DNA from: an uncultured Candidatus Bathyarchaeia archaeon | GTDB lineage: Archaea > Thermoproteota > Bathyarchaeia > 40CM-2-53-6 > JALHTG01 | Direction of reading: 5' to 3' | DNA: 39,252 bases | Assembly (NCBI GenBank): GCA_964529995.1 | Contig: CAZGZF010000002.1 | Coordinates: 1 to 39,252, forward strand | Shown here: piece after piece, positions 32,741-39,252 of the stretch | How the letters are laid out: every line of letters starts with the position of its first letter | How positions within the stretch are numbered: the first letter of the stretch is position 1 | The notes under the pieces: generated by a model | What the model saw: the letters and a program-made list of their open reading frames with translations, nothing else | Told to the model about the DNA's origin: nothing | Database searches by the model: none | Position numbers and translations under genes: made by a program

Positions 32741-34117
32741 TCACGTTGGCACACCGAGCCCTTCAAGCTTCCGTTCCAAAGCACTCGCGGCAAGAATGAG
32801 AGGATCCCAGACTGGCGCCAACGGAGGAGCATAGCAGGTCTCTATCCTCCTGAATTCCCTGACCGTAAGTTTCATCTGCATCGCCTGTGACGCAAGGTTG
32901 GCTCTCCACGAGGCGTGTTCTTCTCCGACTATCTGGGCGCCGATCAGCTGCCTGTCTTCCGGATTGCACAATAGCTTCACGGTGACCTCTTTTGCATCAG
33001 GCATGTACGGCAGTCTCGTTGAGGCGGTTACTCTTGCCGAAACTGGTGATAGCCCCAGCATTCTGGCTGTCTCCGTGGTAAGCCCTGCCCACGCCACCTC
33101 CAGCCCGAACAGCTTTGTAGTCGCCACCCCTGCTGATGGAAGATATGTCTCGGAACCACCAGCAGCATTGGCCCCGGCTACCAGACCTTGTCTAACAGCT
33201 GTGGTCGCCAGTTGTATGAGCAGTCTTCTGCCTGTGATGGAGCACAAGGTTTCCACGCAGTCTCCGGCCGCGTATATGTCGCTCAGGTTCGTCAACATGC
33301 GATCGTCTACGAGTATTCCTCCGGCATCCCCAATCTGGACTCCTGCCTCTTCAGCCAGCTTCACATCGGGTTTGACTCTTGTTGCGACTATAACCGCGTC
33401 TGCTCTCAGCGCCTCGTTCTTCACAACTATGGCCTTCACCCCTTGGTCACTAACGATCTCGTCGGCAGTTGCGCTTCTCAGAATCTGCACTCCGTCATGT
33501 TCAGCTCTCTCCCTTACGATGGAGGCCATGTCGGGATCAAGCACAGCGGGAAGGACCTCTGGAAGGACCTCAACGATGTTCACTCGGTGGCCTTTCTCTC
33601 TCAGGGCCTCTGCCATCTCCATGCCAACGAGTCCAGCACCTATGATGACGACTGTTCTCCCACGCGATTCTAAGTATTGTCTGAGGTTTTGAATGTCGCT
33701 TAGGGTTCGAACGACAAAGACACCGCTTGCTTCTATTCCTTTTATTGAAGGAACCGTCGGGACAGCTCCCGTTGCTATCACAAGCGCGTCGTAGACGAGC
33801 GCTTTCCTATTCCCAGTCTGTGTATCTGCTACTTCGACGGTCTTTTTATCAGGCCAGATTTTCATGCATTCGGTTCCTAGCACGAGCTTTATCTTGTTGA
33901 CAGATTCATAGAAGCTTGGAGGATGTGAAATTAGGGCCTCCAAGCTCGGAACGATGCCAGAGAACGCGTAAGGTAACCCGCAGCGTGAATATTCCGGCTC
34001 ACTTTCTCTCGTGACCAGAAATACCTGTGACGATCGATCTATCTTTCTCGCTTGGATTGCAGCCGTTGTTCCCGCAGCACCGGCCCCTACAATCACTATT
34101 CTTCTTGCCAATCGCAA
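32741..34117 (-). CDS. FAD-dependent pyridine nucleotide-disulfide oxidoreductase (NADH oxidase / CoA-disulfide reductase type)
   Basis: IVIVGAGAAGTTAA FAD fold, single redox Cys motif YSRCGLPY, second dinucleotide fold VVIIGAGLVGMEMA and GD motif YAAGDC. Confidence 0.85.
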   Translation of the reverse strand: MRLARRIVIVGAGAAGTTAAIQARKIDRSSQVFLVTRESEPEYSRCGLPYAFSGIVPSLEALISHPPSFYESVNKIKLVLGTECMKIWPDKKTVEVADTQTGNRKALVYDALVIATGAVPTVPSIKGIEASGVFVVRTLSDIQNLRQYLESRGRTVVIIGAGLVGMEMAEALREKGHRVNIVEVLPEVLPAVLDPDMASIVRERAEHDGVQILRSATADEIVSDQGVKAIVVKNEALRADAVIVATRVKPDVKLAEEAGVQIGDAGGILVDDRMLTNLSDIYAAGDCVETLCSITGRRLLIQLATTAVRQGLVAGANAAGGSETYLPSAGVATTKLFGLEVAWAGLTTETARMLGLSPVSARVTASTRLPYMPDAKEVTVKLLCNPEDRQLIGAQIVGEEHASWRANLASQAMQMKLTVREFRRIETCYAPPLAPVWDPLILAASALERKLEGLGVPT

Positions 34118-34216
34118 GCCTCTAGCGTAGCGATACGGGGAGTTCCGAATATAGATTTTGACAGGAGACAGTCCGGTGAAGAGAGAACGTGATACGGATT
34201 GCGAGCTAGCAGGTTC

Positions 34217-35353
34217 TCATGCTTTTCGAAATCTCAGCTTCAGTTTCTCAAGCACCTGTGGAAGAGTCGTATACTCCATCTCTTCAGGGCCGAGTCTTGC
34301 TGGCATGAACTCTCCGTGCCTTCGGATGTAGTCAGTCACTTCATTGGCGATTGCTCTCGATCGGTCGAACGCTGGGTCGTCAAAGAGGTCTGCCGGCTCA
34401 TTTCCCCCAAGACCCACGAGATGTCCGTCGCAAATATTGTAGCCCAAAGCGACAATCCTCGGAGGCCCGTCGAACAGTGTGCACTTAGCATTCCTCAGAC
34501 CCACTGGCATGAGAGGTCCATAGTGTGAACCCCTCATGAAACCGGCTACGAGGTGAGGAAATCCAAAAGGTGCAAGGACCTCGCCAGTAGCTGGAAGACC
34601 GTGTTGTGTCCGAACTATCATGACTGGATCGTCCTTCCCGACATATCGTCCTGCGATCAGGCTGAGTCTAGTCGTGCTTGAGACAGCTGCAAGAAGGCCA
34701 TCCGAGGTTCTGAATACTCTCTCGATTATGTATCGTCCTGTCGTTCCAATAAGTGCGATTAGGTCGTACATCTCCCCCGGGCAAGCAATGTCAACGACCT
34801 TACTTTCCATTACGTCCATAACTCGAAACGTGAAGCCTCCATGCATGGACGGATCTATGACTAGGCCTGCAGTATTGTGTGGATCCGCGAACATTTTGAA
34901 TAGAAGATAGTTGAAAGCTCCCGGCTCCGTCTTGTCTGCCGCGAAGACAACGACAGGCTCACTTCTCCTCTCTTCAACTTCCATCTCAGCTACACCAGGC
35001 CCCATTCCCTTCACGTTTCCACTGAACGTGTCAGACAGCAGGTCCTGACCTGCTCCATAGAGCTTCATCGGCTTAGACGTCTTTTCGGTTATTTCCTTGA
35101 ATATCGTCCAAGCAAGTCCGTGGATCTTGCTGCTGTTCTCTCCGTGACGATGAGTCATCAGCAACTCAAGGTCGTCGCCACAGTTGAAGACATAGTAGTC
35201 GATGATGGTCCCAGCCTTCTTGGCATCTTCCAGGAATGACGTCGCAGAACGTATTTGTTCCGGGTGTACCACATGGTGGCCTGCTACAGATCCCACATCT
35301 GCCTTGATAACGGAAATCGTGGTCTTCTGTCCACTACTCACATTAAACACCAT
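34217..35353 (-). CDS. fbp: Fructose-1,6-bisphosphate aldolase/phosphatase (class V, archaeal type)
   Basis: The N-terminal ISVIKADVGS(V)AGH signature is present, with family-wide conservation through the C-terminus. ATG 35353 lies ~25 nt downstream of a TAAATA box, so the transcript is probably leaderless. Confidence 0.92.
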   Translation of the reverse strand: MVFNVSSGQKTTISVIKADVGSVAGHHVVHPEQIRSATSFLEDAKKAGTIIDYYVFNCGDDLELLMTHRHGENSSKIHGLAWTIFKEITEKTSKPMKLYGAGQDLLSDTFSGNVKGMGPGVAEMEVEERRSEPVVVFAADKTEPGAFNYLLFKMFADPHNTAGLVIDPSMHGGFTFRVMDVMESKVVDIACPGEMYDLIALIGTTGRYIIERVFRTSDGLLAAVSSTTRLSLIAGRYVGKDDPVMIVRTQHGLPATGEVLAPFGFPHLVAGFMRGSHYGPLMPVGLRNAKCTLFDGPPRIVALGYNICDGHLVGLGGNEPADLFDDPAFDRSRAIANEVTDYIRRHGEFMPARLGPEEMEYTTLPQVLEKLKLRFRKA

Positions 35354-35372
35354 AATCGCACTTGCTCGCATC

Positions 35373-35382
35373 GGTATTTACT
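35373..35382 (-). promoter_or_regulatory. TATA-box-like element upstream of fbp
   Basis: The minus strand reads GTAAATACC (TAAATA = 35375-35380). It is centred ~25 nt upstream of ATG 35353. Confidence 0.4.
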
Positions 35383-35616
35383 CGTTTCGTCTCACCTACG
35401 CCACACACTGTCGCCTCGTGCTGCTGGTGAGAGTGTGTGCATAAGACCCGATTGAAGTACTACCCTTGGCTCCGAAGAGACACGCCACCTGCCAAAATGG
35501 ACCAATTGTTGTTGCATTGTGAAAGAGCCATCTGAGAAGGAAGGATCGACCATAAATATCCAGTTCGCTCTAGAGAACAAAGCTGACGGCAGTTGGATCA
35601 GAATCGAAAGCCAATA

Positions 35617-36282
35617 ATGATTGTGAATTTCAAAACATACCCTGAGGCAACTGGCAGCAGGGCGCTGGACCTTTCAAGAATTCTGGATGATGTTCAGAAA
35701 GAGACTGGGATCGAAGTAGTCGCTGCTGCACAGATAATTGACATCTTTAGAATCGCTGAGCACGTGGATATCCCTGTATTTGCTCAGCACATAGATCCTC
35801 AGCCGCAAGGTGCGTACACAGGTTACGTCTCCGCTGAGGCAGTAAGGGAAGCCGGTGGCCGCGGGACGTTGTTAAACCACTCGGAGAGGAGACTAAGGCT
35901 AGCGGCGGTCGAAGAATCGATACGTAGAGCGAGGGATACGTGCCTAGCCTCGGTTGTCTGTGCCAACAACGCTGCTGTCAGCGCGGCGTGCGCAGCTCTG
36001 GGACCTGACATGGTAGCAGTAGAACCGCCAGAATTGATAGGTACGGGCGTGGCGGTTTCGAAGGCGAAACCTGAGGTTGTGACTGACACTGTTGCGCTGA
36101 TCAGAGCTGCAAGCCAGAATGTCATCATTCTGTGTGGAGCCGGAATCACGGACGCTCGGGACGCATCATCAGCGTTAGAGCTTGGGACGCAGGGCATCTT
36201 AGTCTCAAGCGGGGTTGTCAGGGCTCGTGACCCGAAGCGTGCAGCTTCGGACCTAGCCTGTGCAATGGTAAGAACTGCCTAG
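35617..36282 (+). CDS. tpiA: Triosephosphate isomerase (archaeal short type)
   Basis: MIVNFKTY, LLNHSERR and VAVEPPELIGTG motifs. ATG 35617 is preferred over TTG 35593. Confidence 0.9.
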   Translation: MIVNFKTYPEATGSRALDLSRILDDVQKETGIEVVAAAQIIDIFRIAEHVDIPVFAQHIDPQPQGAYTGYVSAEAVREAGGRGTLLNHSERRLRLAAVEESIRRARDTCLASVVCANNAAVSAACAALGPDMVAVEPPELIGTGVAVSKAKPEVVTDTVALIRAASQNVIILCGAGITDARDASSALELGTQGILVSSGVVRARDPKRAASDLACAMVRTA

Positions 36283-36419
36283 CGGTTTCTTGGTCAATGC
36301 CAAAGCCATAAGCGAAGCTTCTCTGCAGTGCAAAGCACGGTGAGACCACAGACTCTACTCGCGGAACGCAGTAGTTGGCCGCGCCAATAATGGGCGACGT
36401 TTTCGCCTAGATCAGTCTC

Positions 36420-37667
36420 CTAGATCGATCTTTCAAGCAGTTGGAATAGGTCCAACACAGCCATTCGCGACGATAGCTCTCTTGCCGCGTCCGACAGGTT
36501 TGTCAGGCAGAATGGGCATGCCGTGACCAAGGACTCTGCGCCTGTCCCTTCGGCTTCTCTGATTCTTTCCTGTGCAGTCCGTGATGCCAAGTCCGGAAAG
36601 GCTGACCGTACTCCTCCCCCCGCACCGCAACACCAAGCATCCTCTCTGTTCCTGTACATCTCCACAAGTTCTACTCCAGGAATTGATGTCAAGAGTCGTC
36701 TTGGCTTCTCATACCAATCCTGCCTGAACTGCCTGATCTCGCTCGTCTCGATGGAGGCTCTGCCCTTAAAGTGACTAGTAATGTGTCGTCCAAGGTGGCA
36801 GGGGTCATGCCAAGTGACCCTCTGATCGACCCTCTTGTTCGGCATCAGGGCTTTTCTGTCCAAGAGATCAGAGAAGAATTCGACTGCGTGTACTACATTG
36901 AACGGCAGGTTTCCAGCGTACTTAGGGTAGTCCACCTTGAAGGTTCGGTAGCAGCCAGCGCAGCTGAATAGGACTTGCTTTGCTTCTACATTCCGCAGCA
37001 CTCTAAGGTTCTCCTTCATGAGCTGCTTGACAGTTGAGATATGGCCGATCCTGAGCGCAGGCGAGCCGCAGCACACTTCGTCAGACAGAACGCTATGGCT
37101 GAGCCCGAGTTTTTCCAGGAGCCTTGTTGTGGCCAGTGCCACTTCATTCTGCCTGTATGCTGCTGTGCACCCAACGAAGTAGACAAGGCCCTGTCGCTGC
37201 TCCCTTGGGTACTGTAGCCAACTTGTCCGCTTCTCGTGCTTCTCTTGGTACGGATTGTTGTTCGCCTTTATGGACCCAAGAAAAGTCCTGTGCTTCTCCT
37301 GAGCTGGGATCCCAGCGTCGACACATGTGGCTCTCAAGGCCTCGATAATTTCTGTTATTGGAATGTTGTTCTCGCATTGAGTTTGACAGTTTCCGCATGT
37401 AGGGCATCGCAGCAAGATGTCGGCCATTTCGGCACTTGGTTGGAGTGTACCTTCAATTAGGGCGCGTGCGATCCAGACCTTTCCAGACCCATAATGTGAC
37501 TCCCATCCATATGTGTTGCCGGCGGTACAGTTCGTCAGGATTCCAGTGTAGCTTCCGTACCCAGTTCTGTCAGGCTCACCCGAATAGCTGAATCTACATG
37601 CCTTGCAGTGTATGCACCTGTAGATGTAGTTCTTGTATTCATTGATCCTTTCCACGAACATCATCAA
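36420..37667 (-). CDS. Fe-S oxidoreductase with two CCG domains (GlcF / HdrD / LutA-like)
   Basis: Ferredoxin-type motifs CIHCKAC and CPTCGNCQTQC, with C-terminal CCG repeats (VCCGSP..., WCCGAGGG, CPFC). It starts 1-7 nt after the stop of the upstream FAD oxidase gene. Confidence 0.8.
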   Translation of the reverse strand: MMMFVERINEYKNYIYRCIHCKACRFSYSGEPDRTGYGSYTGILTNCTAGNTYGWESHYGSGKVWIARALIEGTLQPSAEMADILLRCPTCGNCQTQCENNIPITEIIEALRATCVDAGIPAQEKHRTFLGSIKANNNPYQEKHEKRTSWLQYPREQRQGLVYFVGCTAAYRQNEVALATTRLLEKLGLSHSVLSDEVCCGSPALRIGHISTVKQLMKENLRVLRNVEAKQVLFSCAGCYRTFKVDYPKYAGNLPFNVVHAVEFFSDLLDRKALMPNKRVDQRVTWHDPCHLGRHITSHFKGRASIETSEIRQFRQDWYEKPRRLLTSIPGVELVEMYRNREDAWCCGAGGGVRSAFPDLASRTAQERIREAEGTGAESLVTACPFCLTNLSDAARELSSRMAVLDLFQLLERSI

Positions 37668-37668
37668 C

Positions 37669-39168
37669 CTAAGGTAGATTCAGTCGTCCGGGATGCATGA
37701 TTCCGTCCGGATCAAGAACACTCTTGATCTTCTTCAACAGATCAAAGTATTCCTTCGCCTTGGCAAAGGTCTTTGGCGAATGAGTTGTGGGATCTGGCCT
37801 ATAGTTCAGCCACCCTTCGGAGAGAAAGATGTCAGTCGTTTCCGCATTGAAGTCTCTAACGTTCTCGAGCTCATCGGGCTTGGTTGGGTCGAAGCAGACA
37901 ATTGGCATACATATGGCTTGTCTCCCGTTGTCGATGGAGGCAACCCAAAGCACCGGAGGGAAGCCGTATCGAATCATCTTCTCCTCGGCGATTCTGCAGA
38001 ACCGACCTGCATCCGTCCACGGCGTATACCAAGTAATGAACAGGAAAGACCCCCTGAACAGTGCATATGGAATGGCTATGTCGTTGGGCTTTGTGAGTCT
38101 GCTTGCCTTCTGTCTCGGATGAAGCTTCCACTCTTCAGATTTGATTCCTTCCGTCTTCGCTTGTTCCATAGCGGTGCGGATTATTCTGCGTTGACGGTCG
38201 AGATCTTCTTCGTCTTCTCCCCAAATCTCAAAATTCGAGAACCACTCTGGAACACCTGTCTTCCTCCAGAAGTCTCTCTCTGAGGACACTTCCCCCTCGG
38301 GGGCCATTCTTGTCGGGACCAGCCACCAGTTTCCACATTGAACAAGCACGCATATTTCCCTCTTGAGTACAACAAATGTGGCTCGAACCATATCCTCCAC
38401 CGTACCAAATCCGTAGGCGATGAGGTCCTTGTGTTTCGGATGGCGGAGGACTTTGATAGCCAATTTTGTCACAATCCCCATGGTTCCTTGTGCGCCGAGA
38501 AACAGGCCGCCCAGGTCTGGGCCGATTCCCCACTTGTAGAACGGCTTGGCTCCTTGCAAAGCCAATGACCCTGTCCTAACAACCTGACCCGTAGATAGCA
38601 CAACCTCCATTCCGAGCACAAGATCCGCCTGCGGACCATACTTGTTCGTAGCCAGATTGAATCCTCTCTCTATGGCGTCTCCGAGAAGGGTCGCTGCTGG
38701 AGGCGCTCCGTCTGGAACCGGGGGAGCCAGGTCAGGGCAATTACTTCTGAAGTAGCTCCAAGCTGCTCCACTTGTCACTCCCGGCTCAACCACCATGTAT
38801 CTGCAATCCGCATCAACCTCCAAGATTCTGTCCATGCGAGATAGGTCAAGTAGGATGCCTCCGGGCTCAGTCAGGGGACATGCAAAGCCTCCGCTCAATC
38901 CTCCTGAAGAAGGGGTGACGGGTATCTTGTGTTTTCTCGCAACTCTGAGGACTTCTCGAACTTCCTCGACCGTTCTGGGGCGAACTACAGCGTCGGCGAC
39001 TGTGCACTCAAGGCCCATTATTCCCTTTGAGACATATGAGGCCAGAATCGGCTTGCTGTTGGTGACATACTCTGTTCCAACTATCGTCTTCAGCTGTTCT
39101 AAGACGTGTGCACTTGGTCTCGCGTATCTGTCCATATCAAGCCGCCTGCTACGATTGATTCTTACCAA
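37669..39168 (-). CDS. FAD-linked oxidase (GlcD / D-lactate dehydrogenase-like)
   Basis: FAD_binding_4 pattern VVRPRTVEEVREVLRVARKHKIPVTPSSGGLSGGFA and a C-terminal LDPDGIMHPG block. Likely ATG at 39135. Confidence 0.85.
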   Translation of the reverse strand: MVRINRSRRLDMDRYARPSAHVLEQLKTIVGTEYVTNSKPILASYVSKGIMGLECTVADAVVRPRTVEEVREVLRVARKHKIPVTPSSGGLSGGFACPLTEPGGILLDLSRMDRILEVDADCRYMVVEPGVTSGAAWSYFRSNCPDLAPPVPDGAPPAATLLGDAIERGFNLATNKYGPQADLVLGMEVVLSTGQVVRTGSLALQGAKPFYKWGIGPDLGGLFLGAQGTMGIVTKLAIKVLRHPKHKDLIAYGFGTVEDMVRATFVVLKREICVLVQCGNWWLVPTRMAPEGEVSSERDFWRKTGVPEWFSNFEIWGEDEEDLDRQRRIIRTAMEQAKTEGIKSEEWKLHPRQKASRLTKPNDIAIPYALFRGSFLFITWYTPWTDAGRFCRIAEEKMIRYGFPPVLWVASIDNGRQAICMPIVCFDPTKPDELENVRDFNAETTDIFLSEGWLNYRPDPTTHSPKTFAKAKEYFDLLKKIKSVLDPDGIMHPGRLNLP

Positions 39169-39252
39169 GTGTATTTAGCTGTTGAATAGTGATTCTCATG
39201 GTGCTGAACCCTGCGCACGTCACGAACCACAAAAGACCTCTACTCGTCATCG

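Noticed and set aside
32898-33692. 264-aa plus-strand ORF (and a nested 161-aa ORF) opposite the NADH oxidase/CoADR gene
   Set aside because: The translation is Ser/Thr/Ala/Pro-rich and low in complexity, which is typical of the antisense frame of a real gene. The minus-strand gene has unambiguous FAD/NAD and redox-Cys motifs.
35391-35439. Interleaved complementary segments CTCACC / CACACACT / GGTGAG / AGTGTGTG in the fbp-tpiA divergent spacer, with pseudoknot-like 1-2-1'-2' order
   Set aside because: The 3' strands of the two stems are directly adjacent (zero-length crossing loop), which is sterically implausible for an H-type pseudoknot. At best these are two mutually exclusive short hairpins, and the region is upstream of the predicted leaderless fbp start.
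1-39252. Search for CRISPR arrays, long direct or inverted repeats, transposase/integrase genes, rRNA, and defence or toxin modules
   Set aside because: I could see no regularly spaced repeats, no IS-like terminal repeats, and no recombinase, nuclease, HEPN or PIN-type motifs. By eye the window looks like core chromosome rather than an accessory island.

Overview
This is a dense, almost fully coding archaeal chromosomal segment of about 40 genes on both strands, with short spacers and several convergent 3' overlaps. Archaeal identity rests on Orc1/Cdc6, RNA polymerase subunit K (Rpo6), ribosomal protein S25e, class V fructose-1,6-bisphosphate aldolase/phosphatase, archaeal-type TIM, an Ard1-type N-acetyltransferase, and TATA-like boxes about 25 nt upstream of several starts. 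I cannot assign a lineage from sequence alone. The content is mostly housekeeping and central metabolism. It includes an hyuA-hyuB-racemase-like cluster, mobA, an S8 subtilase, a COG2403 P-loop protein, a DegT aminotransferase and a FucI-like isomerase. It also holds a glycosylation/envelope cluster (radical SAM, DUF2723-type GT-C, methyltransferase, GT2, polysaccharide deacetylase), an M50 protease, a LarA-like protein, pyrE, two 2-hydroxyacid dehydrogenases, NADH oxidase/CoADR, fbp, tpiA and a GlcD/GlcF-like pair. All three stop codons terminate confident genes. I found no rRNA, tRNA, CRISPR array, transposase/integrase or recognisable defence or toxin-antitoxin module, so I cannot point to a clear novel multi-gene system. 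The most unusual items are listed here. (1) A complete biotin-carrier-type domain gene is broken by a single in-frame TGA and sits in the largest gene-free stretch of the window. (2) An uncharacterised protein is built from two diverged copies of a ~100-aa module. (3) An unannotated 50-aa ribbon-helix-helix gene lies next to it. (4) The S25e gene has a conserved N-terminus that is only encoded if translation starts at a non-canonical ATC preceded by GGAGGT. (5) A radical-SAM/GT-C/GT2/deacetylase cluster is present. All functional calls come from motif recognition by eye and need HMM or BLAST confirmation.
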